From positions 146,570 to 210,569 of IMG/VR virus record IMGVR_UViG_3300037067_026010: 64,000 nucleotides of DNA; one strand, 5' to 3'. This DNA comes from a virus. Taxonomy: Duplodnaviria > Caudoviricetes. A program made the translations under genes and the position numbers. The notes under the pieces were generated by a model. It worked only from the letters and a program-made list of their open reading frames with translations. It did not search any database and had not been told where the DNA came from. Below, in pieces: positions 9,444 through 19,901 of this stretch (positions are counted from its first letter, which is position 1; every line of letters begins with the position of its first letter).

Positions 9444-10337
9444 TTAAACGGGATCGGCGGAAGGCATGCGAATACTCCGAGTATGCCGGCGTCCCGCGCC
9501 GGTCGCAGCTGCCTCGGCCTCTCGCCGTTGCAGCGTCGCCTCGTAACAGCTCGACGCGTGCGTGATCAGCTCGTCCAGCCGCCGCATATTTTCCGTGGCC
9601 TCATCGCGCATGCCCTCCATAGCAGCCCGCGCCACGCGCAGGTCTTCGATCATTTCCGGCGTCCACGTCTCGGGCGGCGCCGACATAATATCGTGGAACG
9701 CATTGATCTCCGTGCCATTCCAGGCTTGCCGCTGTTTTGCCAGCCACTTTTCGGTGTCGTCCCGAATTTGCCGTATTTTGCTCGGTACGGTGGGTGGTAA
9801 TTTGAATGTGGGGCCATGCGGGGAAGTCACCGCCGGTCCGTAATGTTCCTTGATGCGCCGATGCAGCTCCGGCGGTGCCCATAATCCGCGAACCGCGCGT
9901 TTGGCCCACATACGCCGTTTGTCCGGCGTTTTGAGAATCAGCAGATAAGAGACGTGCCCCCAGTGCAACTGAAAGCCGGTCTTGTCGCAATGCAACTCCA
10001 GGAGTTCTTGCAGGGCTTCTTTCGTGTAGGCCTGCGTAAATGACGCCGCTTTACGCAACTGCCGCGCGTGTATTGCCAAGGCCTGCTCCAACAGCCGCAT
10101 GGCACTTTCGCCGTATTTGTCGGGGTCATCCTGCACTTCCGTGCACAGCTTGCCTAGGTCGTAGTAAAACCGCAGCGTCGTTTGCCGCCCTTCGTCCAAT
10201 TGCCGCTGGATGATGTTGAACTTCTTGCGAAGCTCCTTGTTCATCATCTGCAGCGCCTCCTCGCGGGCTTGCACGATTTGCGCGGCATCCAAGGTGGCGC
10301 GGCGCTGCGCCTGCGCAGCGGGCGATATACGTACCAT
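9444..10337 (-). CDS. hypothetical protein, N-terminal half DUF1016_N/YhcG-like
   Basis: FYYDLGK...LHWGHVSYLL...RRMWAKRAVRGLWAPPELHRRI resembles the DUF1016 N-terminal pattern. Confidence 0.6.
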   Translation of the reverse strand: MVRISPAAQAQRRATLDAAQIVQAREEALQMMNKELRKKFNIIQRQLDEGRQTTLRFYYDLGKLCTEVQDDPDKYGESAMRLLEQALAIHARQLRKAASFTQAYTKEALQELLELHCDKTGFQLHWGHVSYLLILKTPDKRRMWAKRAVRGLWAPPELHRRIKEHYGPAVTSPHGPTFKLPPTVPSKIRQIRDDTEKWLAKQRQAWNGTEINAFHDIMSAPPETWTPEMIEDLRVARAAMEGMRDEATENMRRLDELITHASSCYEATLQRREAEAAATGAGRRHTRSIRMPSADPV

Positions 10338-10349
10338 GATCTTCGTTCC

Positions 10350-11480
10350 TTATGAAAAACGGTCTTGTAATAAAAGTGAAAACGCGGCCTGCTCCGTGTG
10401 AACACGCCGTCTGGGGTCGAGTTTCCTTGCCAAGCGCACAAGGACGGCATACAAATCGAGCTGCGTTCGCATTCCCCAAACGGACTCGGGACGTTGCAAT
10501 CGTTGCTCGGAGGCGTCCGCGCGGCTGCCCAGAAACAGCGTATGCTCCACGGCGTCTCGCGCAATACTCGCCTGCACGCCCAAATGCACCAGCATTCGCA
10601 CCAAGCATGCCATCCTGGCCTTGCGTTCCACATCCCCCAACCCCGCAAAGCCCAATGGCGTCGACGCCAAACGGTCGGCGCCTTGCTGCAATTGCGTCAC
10701 GGTAGGATTTTTACCGAGCATCCTGCTTATCATGCCGCGAAGCCGAGGTCCGAACGAGTTGCCGGTGTGGTTAAGGCGCCATCCGGCGCGTTTATAGCTG
10801 TCCAAGCTCACGCCGTGTCTGCAGTAAAGCGCGGCGGTGCCGTGCACGGCTGTACCGCATGCTTCGCCGTTTCCGAAATAGTAGCCGAGGTAAAATGGCC
10901 AGGCGTCCGCTTGCTGCAACCGGAAACACGGCTCATGGCTACGATACCATACGGCCATACGGCGACCCAGGATGGCCGCAGCGTAGAATTGCATATCCGA
11001 CCTGGTTTCGGCAATAATTTGCTCCAGAATCTCAAAATATGCGCAGTTGTCCAGAAATCGCTGCTGTGCCCCGACGAGCCCTTCAATAAGCTTGTCGTCG
11101 TGGTTCAACAACAGCCGGTACGGCGCCACAAGCGCATAGCGCAGCCGCAATACGTCTTTAAACATCTGCACGGCCGTCGGGCCATCGCAACTGCGTTCCT
11201 GCTCGCGTTGACGTCGGGTGTAGCCGGCAATGTCTGTCAGCGTACGTCCGAGACCATTGCTCAACACGTTCGTCAACTGCAGAAATGCCGTACGCGTGTA
11301 CCGGTAGCCGGCTGCCGTCTCCCCCGAGCTCCTTAACTCCAGCTGGTACGGCGAACTTATGGTCGCAATATCACTAACGCGCACGAGCCGCCGCAGCCGC
11401 TCCAGCAGCAATTCCCGCTGCGTACGGTCAAATACGTAGCTGGAGGGGCGCACGAACAGCGTTGACAGCGCATCAGTCAT
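10350..11480 (-). CDS. DUF932-like phage protein
   Basis: AFLQL, LDN, GYYFGNGEACG...YCRHG and HTG resemble DUF932 motifs. Confidence 0.55.
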   Translation of the reverse strand: MTDALSTLFVRPSSYVFDRTQRELLLERLRRLVRVSDIATISSPYQLELRSSGETAAGYRYTRTAFLQLTNVLSNGLGRTLTDIAGYTRRQREQERSCDGPTAVQMFKDVLRLRYALVAPYRLLLNHDDKLIEGLVGAQQRFLDNCAYFEILEQIIAETRSDMQFYAAAILGRRMAVWYRSHEPCFRLQQADAWPFYLGYYFGNGEACGTAVHGTAALYCRHGVSLDSYKRAGWRLNHTGNSFGPRLRGMISRMLGKNPTVTQLQQGADRLASTPLGFAGLGDVERKARMACLVRMLVHLGVQASIARDAVEHTLFLGSRADASEQRLQRPESVWGMRTQLDLYAVLVRLARKLDPRRRVHTEQAAFSLLLQDRFS

Positions 11481-11493
11481 AAGTGTTCTGCCG

Positions 11494-12063
11494 TTACAAT
11501 TCAGCCCAGTCCGTACCAATGCTAAAAAGGAATTCTTTTAGCGGGTCAATAACGTAAACCACCGGCGGATTGCCGTAAGGTCGAACGATACGCGTGTTGC
11601 GTTCGTACCGTAACGAAGGGTCCGGTACTTCCGCCACCTCGATCGGATAGTTATGCAGCACCATCGTACCCGCCGTGGGGATATGCGGCCATGCGAACAC
11701 CAGGCCGATGCGCTCGTCCGCGTCACTCGCGTCCATGTCCACCTGTAGGTCCACATAGGCCCGCATCATCGGCGTTTTCATAAAGCCTGGGCCGAACAAC
11801 TCGCCCAGCTGCACTTTGTGTATATTCGCCAACTTGCGGGCACCAAGACGCACCGGGAAGCGCGGAAAACGCTGATTGAACCAGGGTAGGGTCAATTTAG
11901 CCCCGCGCTGAACTTCCGACGATTCTTGCCGCAATCGCCCAATCTGCGCGCCCAGGCCGCCGGTACGCAACAGCTGCGCCACCACGGCATCCTCGAAGGT
12001 GTCCTGCCGCTGCGTCTCGCGTTGGCTCCATTGCTCCTGCGTATCACCAAATAAACCGCCCAT
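11494..12063 (-). CDS. hypothetical protein
   Basis: 189-aa ORF in the operon. Confidence 0.65.
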   Translation of the reverse strand: MGGLFGDTQEQWSQRETQRQDTFEDAVVAQLLRTGGLGAQIGRLRQESSEVQRGAKLTLPWFNQRFPRFPVRLGARKLANIHKVQLGELFGPGFMKTPMMRAYVDLQVDMDASDADERIGLVFAWPHIPTAGTMVLHNYPIEVAEVPDPSLRYERNTRIVRPYGNPPVVYVIDPLKEFLFSIGTDWAEL

Positions 12064-12086
12064 GAACTTTTCCGATGTTTAATTGT

Positions 12087-13511
12087 TTATGGCACAACAT
12101 CTTCAGGATCGACGTCCTGCTCCGCCGGTCCTGCTACATCCGGCACTTCGGGAACTTCACATTCGTCGGTGCCGGTCGGTTGCAACTGCGGCATATTTTC
12201 TACACGCTCGTACAGATCAACGCCGGCTGTGCCTTCGGAAACCACCGCCTCGGCCAATAGCCGCCGGAAGTCCATGCCGGGCTGAAACGGAATACGCGGG
12301 GTTATACCGAGCAGCGGGTACATCGCCTGCAACAGGTCGGGCCGCTGCTCCAGTTTGCTGCCCAGCACGCGAAATTCCTGCGGGTCGCTCTCTGGTACCC
12401 CTAGCGCCCGGCTCCAGCCTGTGCGATTACCCTTGTTTGCCACGCGAATATCGCAAACGTCCATCAAGTGATTATAGATCGTTCGCTTACCCTTCATATT
12501 TTCAAATGACAATAGCAGCTCAATCGATGCCGTATCCCAGTCCCAGGCCGTCTGTTGTCTGAAGCCCTGACGACCCTCCGCGTCCTGATACTCCGTTAAC
12601 CACCACAGCAATTCTGCGGTTATGCGCTTCCGCGACGGACCTAAGCTATTCTTGCGCAGGATAATGCTCAAACGCAGGCCGCCATACTCCAACCGATCGA
12701 TGTCACAGCCGGGCGCTTTGTGCATCTCTACCTCGAATACTTCCATGAATTTTACCGATTTCCCGCCACCGATATTGTTTACCGGCCGGCCCATATAATC
12801 GGTAGACGGCTTCAAGTGATTCGTACCGAGCACGGAAAACGGGTAAGTTTTGATGGCATTCGGCATTGTTCTCATATACTGCGATATCAGCAAAGCGGCC
12901 AGCGCGAAGTCCCGCGAAGCATGCCCGGCTTCGAGGATCTTCTCCAACTGTGCCCTGGGCGCCGTACCCATGATCGAATCGATGCCGAAAGCAATAGGAA
13001 TAGTCCGGCCTGGCCCGTCCGGGGAATCCTGATACCGAGCTGCAATCTGCGTAAACGCCGTTAGGGCGTCCATCCAATCCTCCAACGTGTGCGTATAGAC
13101 AACTTCTACACGGTTTAACCAGGACTGGTTCCAGCCCAGAAGGGAGCCGCGCAGCTCGGGGGCATCCTTCCCTTCGTTTTCGACAAATACCGCGCCGCCA
13201 CCGTAGACGAGGTGCCATCGGAAAACTTCATTCATGAAAGCCGTTTTGCAACAGCCCTCCTCCCCAGTGATCTGCGCGATCGTGCCCAGCGGATACATCG
13301 TAGATTGAAATAAATAACGTAATGCCAATGCCGGCAGCGGCAAGCCGACGCGCGGGCCGCTCGCCGAAGCCACGCTTACCGACAAACCCGTAGCGCGTTT
13401 TCCCTCGTCGCTCATGGCGAGAAACATCCCATTAAGCTGTGTCTCGCGGTTTGCACCCTGCCATAATTGCTGGCGCCGCGCCAGTTCCGCCCGTGTTGCT
13501 GCCTTGGCCAT
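12087..13511 (-). CDS. RecA/UvsX-like recombinase
   Basis: GTIAQITGEEGCCKT (Walker A variant), FVENEG, IDSIMG (Walker B), GTNHLK, GGGKSVKF, RKNSLG. Confidence 0.85.
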   Translation of the reverse strand: MAKAATRAELARRQQLWQGANRETQLNGMFLAMSDEGKRATGLSVSVASASGPRVGLPLPALALRYLFQSTMYPLGTIAQITGEEGCCKTAFMNEVFRWHLVYGGGAVFVENEGKDAPELRGSLLGWNQSWLNRVEVVYTHTLEDWMDALTAFTQIAARYQDSPDGPGRTIPIAFGIDSIMGTAPRAQLEKILEAGHASRDFALAALLISQYMRTMPNAIKTYPFSVLGTNHLKPSTDYMGRPVNNIGGGKSVKFMEVFEVEMHKAPGCDIDRLEYGGLRLSIILRKNSLGPSRKRITAELLWWLTEYQDAEGRQGFRQQTAWDWDTASIELLLSFENMKGKRTIYNHLMDVCDIRVANKGNRTGWSRALGVPESDPQEFRVLGSKLEQRPDLLQAMYPLLGITPRIPFQPGMDFRRLLAEAVVSEGTAGVDLYERVENMPQLQPTGTDECEVPEVPDVAGPAEQDVDPEDVVP

Positions 13512-13549
13512 CTGACGTACCTTTCCTTCAAAAATAATTATCCAAAAAC

Positions 13550-13598
13550 ACGGCAGGGCCGGTTCGGTGCTTAACTACCGAACCGGCTACCTGCCGTA
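13550..13598. terminator. long stem-loop (possible terminator) whose apex is the 16-bp dyad motif
   Basis: ACGGCAGG-GCCGGTTCGGT/ACCGAACCGGC-TA-CCTGCCGT, flanked by A-runs, between the SSB and recombinase genes. Confidence 0.6.
13565..13580. promoter_or_regulatory. 16-bp dyad motif, copy 2
   Basis: CGGTGCTTAACTACCG upstream of the recombinase. Confidence 0.6.
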
Positions 13599-13603
13599 AA
13601 AAC

Positions 13604-15426
13604 CTATCGCCCAGCCGCGCGTTGTGCGGCTAACAGAGCCGCTTGCGCTCGCGTAAGCCCGCCGCTCGAAGCCGCCGCAGGCACACCAACCGCTTCCGTG
13701 GGCGGCAAGGCCGCCGCGCCTTGGCTAATGCCGGCAGTAGGCGGTGTTGGCGTCATCGGCATCGCGGGTGAGTTTGGCACCGCTGCTGACGGCACCAACC
13801 CTGCGGGCGCGACTTCTGCTGCCGGTACGTATGGCGCCGTTGCCAAGCCTGCAGTGGGCGCAGCTGGCGGCACGTATGGCACCGTTGCAGGCCCTGTTGT
13901 GGGCGCTATCGGGAAATCCCCGGTCGGCAGGCCAGCTACCACAGCGGGTTGCACGGGCGCTGCAACATCAGCCTGCGGCACGCCCCAGCCCATCGCCTGG
14001 GGAGGTGCAACTGGGGGTGGCGGCATTATCGGAGCAGCTGCTGGTTGCGACTGCTGCACAGGCCAGGACGCCGCCGCGGGTACGGCCGTTTGAGGCTGCT
14101 GTCCCACCGTGCCCGGCACTGGAACTTGACTTGGCACTGGTGCCTGCACAATAGCCGGTGCCGGCATAGGTGCAGCTACTGTCCCTACCGCGGGTTGTTG
14201 CGCCGCACCGGCAATCGGTGCTCCGAACAAACCTGCCGGCGGTGCCACCGCAGCAGGCGCTGCCTCCACGCCCCACCCGGACATCTGCGGCATCGTTGCG
14301 GCATAAGGCGATGCCCCAGGGCCGCCCGACACAGGCGGAACCACCGCGGCAGGGCCGCTTACCGCGCCCACAGCCTGGCGCCGCACGCTGTCGGGAATCC
14401 ACTCAGGATGATCCCGCCAAGCATATGCAATCACGTCCGGCGGAAATTTATCCGCCAAGATTGCAGCCTGCTCCGCGATGCTCGGAAAATGCAAGATATC
14501 GTCCCAAGGACGGACCAAGCGACGGATATTATCGTGCTGCTCTGCAGGAATTATCGCGGGCATATTCAAAAACGTGTCCTCCAAGAAGCAACCGTAACCA
14601 ATCGGTGCTGCTTGGCTCGCTTGCCCCATTGCCATCTGCGACGCGGGTGCCTGCCAACCGCTGCCGGACAACCCCTGGTTGCCAGCACGTTGCGTTCGCG
14701 GATCACCGTCCGCTAAAGCGTAAAAAGTAACGAATTTCCCGATGCTCAAATCGATAGGATCACCCACCTCCATAACCTCGTGCCAATCACCATTTCCGTA
14801 GGGGCAGTTGACGCGGTATCGGTTCAATTCGTTCAGTAACGCCAAGCCAGCAGACGGGCCCAGCATCAAAACGATCGGTCGCGGGTTCGGTGCATCCAGC
14901 GGCTTGGGCGGCATATAGCTCCGCGCCTTGTGGTGCAATACCACCACCTGCATTAAGTACACCTCGCTCGGGTTCGGCAATTGCGCTCGGCGATTCCGTC
15001 CACCGGTCAGCAGAGCCGCCCACCCCGGCGGTCCTGCCCGCGCTCCACTGCGCGGCTTATGCTTTCGCGCAACAGCCACGCCGGCGTAATACGCGGATCC
15101 AGCAACACAGGGTCGGACGGGTCTCCTACGATAAAGGTAGCACCGGGATCACCCATATTACGTACCGCGGGGTAACGCCGAATCCAGTCGCCAAACGCGT
15201 TAGGTTCCGCGCTGAGCCGGTACGTATCCCATTGAGTTGCGTCATCGGGATTCAACTGTGGCAGTATTCGCACGACCGTATATCCGTCGCCATAACACGG
15301 CGACCACAAGTCCGCCATGTTATTGCGAATCAGAAAATTGCCCTGGTTCGTTGCCCGCTCGGGGTTCCCATACTGCTCAAAGGTATAACGGCGCCCGTGC
15401 GCCCGCATCGAAGGATCTCGTGGCAT
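13604..15426 (-). CDS. putative T4 gp32-like ssDNA-binding protein with long Pro/Ala/Gln tail; split by a frameshift near 15025
   Basis: 5' ORF (15007-15426) has GYTVVRILP (cf. gp32 AVIRFLP); the 3' ORF continues in the -1 frame from GWAALL; lies between polymerase and recombinase. Confidence 0.55.
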
Positions 15427-15519
15427 AAAAGGTCTCCAGTGAAATTGAAACGGCATGCAGCCGTTGATTCAAAAACGGTGTTTTTTATTGTACTGCCGAG
15501 CACACGATCCGCTAGCCCG

Positions 15520-18500
15520 CTAGACCAGCGCCGGATCGATTCCGTGCAGCGCGCACTGCTCAGGCGTAATCTTTTCGCCCCAATTGAGGGCAACTTCCAC
15601 ATCAATACCGAAATGGTAGGGCTGCGCCATCTCCATAGGTGTACCATCCGGGTGCCGTGGCCATATCGGCACGCGACTACACATGCATTCCCGCAAAATA
15701 CTGGGTTGCAGTATCGTACCGTCTTCGCTGCGCACATCCTTGGCAAATGCAGCCAATTCGGAAACGGGAACCTCGAACAGCAACGCATCGTGAATCTGCA
15801 ACAGCATGCGGTAATGGCATTCCGGGTGCTCCGCCCGATACTGTCGCAAATTTTGGATGGATATGTTAATCGCGTCAGCTACGCCGCCCTGAATCGTACA
15901 GTTCTGGGCCTGCCTCTGTTGCTCGCCTATGACCTTTTCGTCACGGCTGGCGATAAAACGACGACGACGTCCGCACCAATTCATCAACCACTGGAACGGC
16001 GGCTGCGATCGTATACGGCAGGTTTCCAAAAAGCCTGCCACGTAAGGGTACTGCGCGAAGTATGCGTCAATCAGGCGCTGCGTATCTTCCGACGTCACAT
16101 CTACGCCTTCTTCTTTGCATTGCCGGGCAATTGCTAAAGCCGCGCGACCGTACGGCACCCCGAAATTCACATTTTTTGCCGCAATTCTAAGTGGCGTATA
16201 GCCGCCGCGTTTTAGTGCACTTTTTGTGGGAGTGCAATCAAGGTGAAAAGCCGTCACTGCTTGTCGCGAGTGAATATCGTAATGATCTGGATGACTCTCC
16301 GGCAGCTCATTGCGGCGAACATGGTCGATCATATTGGGGTCACCGGATGCCCAGGCAATCATAGCCAGCTCCGCACCGATGTAGTCCGCCTCCACCAGCA
16401 CATAATCGTCGGTCGCGCAAAAAATCGACCGAATCGGGTGCTCGTAAAGCGGCCTAGGAAAAACGTGCTGGTAATCCCCGCGGTATCGCGTCGCCTCATT
16501 GTCCTCCCACGTTCCCATAATCCGTGCATAGTCGCTTTCGCGCCTTTTGGCTAACGCCTGCAAATTCGGATCCCAACTGGCCGCCCGGCCGGTTTCCTTC
16601 GTCTGCGACAAATGCGTATGCACGCGCCCGTCCGACGAAATGCAGGTGGCCAGCCCTTCGCTGTACTCCTGATGCCCTTCGTCGTCCACGACCAGGCTGC
16701 CATCCTCGTTTTCCTCCGGATCGCGCAATACGCCACTGACAGCCTGTGCGATGAACTTTAAATCGCGCAGCTGCATGGCTAGCCTATGCTGGTGTCCCAA
16801 AATACCCAACACCTCTTTGTCCGTGGATGGCGTATAACTGCTCGTGGATTCGCCGCGTGCAAGGATTTCCGCCCACATCTTGCTGCGCTTACCCGTCGTT
16901 TTGATGGGGGCCAGATCGAGCGTAACGGCACCCTCGGGTACGATGGACACAGGCTGCCCGTCTTTCGACAGTTTAAACCGCCACTCGCTACCGAACAGAA
17001 AAGCCCGGCACTGCGGATGCGATCGCGGATTGAAGGACGGCCAGCGTATAGCGTCGCGGAAGGCTTGTAGAAGGTTCTCGCGCACGAACACGTACAGGTT
17101 CGCGAGTTCATCGAGCCGTTTATGGTCGACCCGGATGCCGTTCATCTCCATTTCCAAGAAGCCCAGACTGGCCCTATGCGCCACCCAGTACGGCTCCCAG
17201 GACGGTTGCTTGAACCAATCGCTGTCCAACAGGCCGCCGGGCTGCATGCAGCGCATGATAATGCGCCTGGTGACATCCGCATCGTAATTGCTGTATGATG
17301 GATTTTCATCCCACGGTTCAGGGTGCATTACCCAGCTCGGGCAGTTGGACACGAAGCCGACTTTTGTTAAAAAGTTTCCAGCATCTGTCGTTAAACAGTA
17401 ACGTACTCCGTTACCTTTATGACTCGGTGGCGGGGGTGCCGCCAGTACCGCGACAACAGGATCGCAAAATAAGCTTGCGGTGTGCTGCACGACGGGTGCA
17501 GCAAATACAGGCAACGGTGTTTTGTACGCCATGCACGGATGCATATACGGGTTTATAATGGTATGCAATTGCCGAAAAGCTACTTTGGAAAATTGTAAAA
17601 AGCCTCCTTTGATTGATCCCTTATAACTAACGCCTGCACCGAGCCACTGTGTGAGCCAATGCACAGCCAGTTGCTGCTCCGCTACATCCACAATAGTGCA
17701 ATAAATGCGCGAATTATAATAATTACATGCTTTCTTGCCACAGCGCACCAGTGTACCGTCATCCTGGTACCACACGGCCAAACCCAACGGGCCTAAATTT
17801 GCCAACAGTTCGTGCGTCAATACCAGCTTTCTTTTACTGTGCTGTTGCGCTGTATGTCGCGGAAAACGCTGTGCAAGCACGCACAACTGACGGCTCGTAG
17901 GCAGCACGTAGCACGCGCAACCCACCATCTGTCGCAGCTTTGGCGCGTATTCTGCAAAAACAGCAGCTTTCCAAACGGCATAAGCCGCATGGGTGGATGT
18001 CTGCCCAAATCCGAAACTCATGCTCTTTCTGCCTTTTGGTATAAAGCCGCCGTCACCCAAGCCACAAGCTAACAAAACGGACAATTGCTCCTTCGAAAAG
18101 GCCGGTTCGTCTGTTATAATGCTATCCTCGCCAGGTATGAGTGCATCCACGCGTACTTTACCGCGCGGTGTCATCACCTGATGGTCTGGCGTAAACCGCG
18201 GTCCATATAAATGACCATGTGCAGCCAACGTCGATTGTGTCTGTACACGCAACCACTCCGATTGCCCGACGTTATTGGCATGCCAGTCTGTTACCCTACT
18301 GGCTACCATGCACCCGTTCACACAGGCACGCACCTGCCCGGTATACCGCTGATGGACCAACTTGGCAATTTTAACCCAAGTGCCGTTAGCTAACTGTACC
18401 TTGCTATCTTGGTGCAAACACATGCCGTAACCATCGAGCTTCTTCTTGGTAATCTTGTTTTCCTTGCAGTACGCGTCTCGCCAATGCATTAGCGGCTCGT

Positions 18501-19884
18501 CGTATCGCGGCGCGTTGGTGAGCCGGATCGTCATATCCGACAAATCGTAAGAGGCGGTCTCGTTCACCGAGTGGTAGGCCAGGCTGGTATCCCAACCGCC
18601 TTTGTCGCGCATGTCACCTATGTTCTCCGGAGGCACGTAGCTGTCGCGCAAGTCAATGCCCTCGTTCAACAGCCACGGCAAGTCGGAGCGGAAGAAGTGC
18701 CCTCCTGGCCGCGGCTGCCAGCCGGCTGCAGCGTCAGGTTGTAGAAGGCAATTCAGGCCTGCCACCGCGTGCGCTATAGAAGGCACGAACGCCGGTTCGC
18801 CGCCTTGGTGCCTAAGCACCACCGTATAGGCCTCGCCCTCCTTGGCACTGAATTGCACCGTGCGCAAATACGACCCTGGCTCGCCAGGTCGGCGTCCGTG
18901 CCATTCCGCATCCACCCCGATGATGTTCCGCAGCGGATCCGAATCTTTCCGGATCTGCTCGACAATCCGCATCAGTTGTCCGTATTTGTATACATTGACG
19001 TGCTTGACGTTCTCGCGCGCGCCGATCTCTACGCCTTCCGTCAGGCGCATAAACAATCCTAGCTGGTCTTTAAAGGCCTCGAACGCCTCCATACGCCGAT
19101 ATACGTAGGCCGGGTGCATGATCGTCATCACCTTGGCCTCGTGATACCGCGGTGCTTCGCCGCGTTCGAAAGTCGGTATACGGTACGGGATCACCCGTCC
19201 CGTCATCACTTCCACGCCGTAGGCCGTACCGAGCAGCCATTTGGAAGCATCGCTGCCCAGACACAGAATATAATCGGGTTGCACTAGGCGCAGCTCCTGG
19301 GCAAGTAGGATGGCACAATCCTGCTTCCAAGCGGTCGGCAAGCCGTCGCCCTGCTTGTCCAGCTGCGGCCACTTCACCAGATTCGTCACATACCATTCCG
19401 CGCGCTGGTCCGGGCTAATCCCCAATTGATCCGCCGCGTCCCACAGACATGCAGAAGTCTCTCCGACAAGGTTTGCCTTCTGCTGTACTTCCTCTCGACC
19501 CGGGAATTTCCCGATGAGCATGATGCGTGCCCGCCGCGGCCCGCCGTTGAAGTCGTCTGCGTTATCGCCGAGCAGATGCCCCGGTACCGTTCGCGCCTGC
19601 ACCATACGACCTTTGACATTGACCGGCAACTCGAATTCGTCGTCGTACAGCGCCCTGCGGTAAAGATACTGCAAGCGCGGTCCTGCGCTGCTGCACCAGC
19701 GGCTGCTTCCGCGGCCTTCGAATATCGGCGGCGGGTCGCCTGCGGCACACGCCGCCGTTATGAAGTCGCTGCCGGGCAGCGGCATACCGGGTGCGTTCAA
19801 CGGGTAAAACGGGAATTGCCGTTCTAGTTCCTCGCTGCGCGTACCGGCCAGTATGTGCTGAAATAACGCTCCAAGTTCTCGCAT
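15520..19884 (-). CDS. polA: family A DNA polymerase with N-terminal uracil-DNA-glycosylase-like domain and one intein
   Basis: UDG-like IMLIGKFPG, YVTNLVK, QPDYILCLG, HPAY; Exo GVDAE, RSDL, YDAD; Pol motifs A EADYIGAELA, B RIAAKNVNFGVPYG, C QIHDALL. Confidence 0.93.
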   Translation of the reverse strand: MRELGALFQHILAGTRSEELERQFPFYPLNAPGMPLPGSDFITAACAAGDPPPIFEGRGSSRWCSSAGPRLQYLYRRALYDDEFELPVNVKGRMVQARTVPGHLLGDNADDFNGGPRRARIMLIGKFPGREEVQQKANLVGETSACLWDAADQLGISPDQRAEWYVTNLVKWPQLDKQGDGLPTAWKQDCAILLAQELRLVQPDYILCLGSDASKWLLGTAYGVEVMTGRVIPYRIPTFERGEAPRYHEAKVMTIMHPAYVYRRMEAFEAFKDQLGLFMRLTEGVEIGARENVKHVNVYKYGQLMRIVEQIRKDSDPLRNIIGVDAEWHGRRPGEPGSYLRTVQFSAKEGEAYTVVLRHQGGEPAFVPSIAHAVAGLNCLLQPDAAAGWQPRPGGHFFRSDLPWLLNEGIDLRDSYVPPENIGDMRDKGGWDTSLAYHSVNETASYDLSDMTIRLTNAPRYDEPLMHWRDAYCKENKITKKKLDGYGMCLHQDSKVQLANGTWVKIAKLVHQRYTGQVRACVNGCMVASRVTDWHANNVGQSEWLRVQTQSTLAAHGHLYGPRFTPDHQVMTPRGKVRVDALIPGEDSIITDEPAFSKEQLSVLLACGLGDGGFIPKGRKSMSFGFGQTSTHAAYAVWKAAVFAEYAPKLRQMVGCACYVLPTSRQLCVLAQRFPRHTAQQHSKRKLVLTHELLANLGPLGLAVWYQDDGTLVRCGKKACNYYNSRIYCTIVDVAEQQLAVHWLTQWLGAGVSYKGSIKGGFLQFSKVAFRQLHTIINPYMHPCMAYKTPLPVFAAPVVQHTASLFCDPVVAVLAAPPPPSHKGNGVRYCLTTDAGNFLTKVGFVSNCPSWVMHPEPWDENPSYSNYDADVTRRIIMRCMQPGGLLDSDWFKQPSWEPYWVAHRASLGFLEMEMNGIRVDHKRLDELANLYVFVRENLLQAFRDAIRWPSFNPRSHPQCRAFLFGSEWRFKLSKDGQPVSIVPEGAVTLDLAPIKTTGKRSKMWAEILARGESTSSYTPSTDKEVLGILGHQHRLAMQLRDLKFIAQAVSGVLRDPEENEDGSLVVDDEGHQEYSEGLATCISSDGRVHTHLSQTKETGRAASWDPNLQALAKRRESDYARIMGTWEDNEATRYRGDYQHVFPRPLYEHPIRSIFCATDDYVLVEADYIGAELAMIAWASGDPNMIDHVRRNELPESHPDHYDIHSRQAVTAFHLDCTPTKSALKRGGYTPLRIAAKNVNFGVPYGRAALAIARQCKEEGVDVTSEDTQRLIDAYFAQYPYVAGFLETCRIRSQPPFQWLMNWCGRRRRFIASRDEKVIGEQQRQAQNCTIQGGVADAINISIQNLRQYRAEHPECHYRMLLQIHDALLFEVPVSELAAFAKDVRSEDGTILQPSILRECMCSRVPIWPRHPDGTPMEMAQPYHFGIDVEVALNWGEKITPEQCALHGIDPALV
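17344..18420 (-). mobile_element. intein (359 aa) with in-frame LAGLIDADG endonuclease in the DNA polymerase
   Basis: GYGM|CLHQDSKVQLANG, block B FTPDHQV, LLACGLGDGG and WYQDDG, end GFVSN|C; visibly more AT-rich than its flanks. Confidence 0.9.
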
Positions 19885-19901
19885 GATTTACCTTCACGCC
19901 G

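Noticed and set aside
14890-16137. Long plus-strand ORFs (also 27736-29046, 10398-11336, 20676-21620)
   Set aside because: They are antisense shadows of well-supported minus-strand genes in GC-rich DNA and have no motifs.
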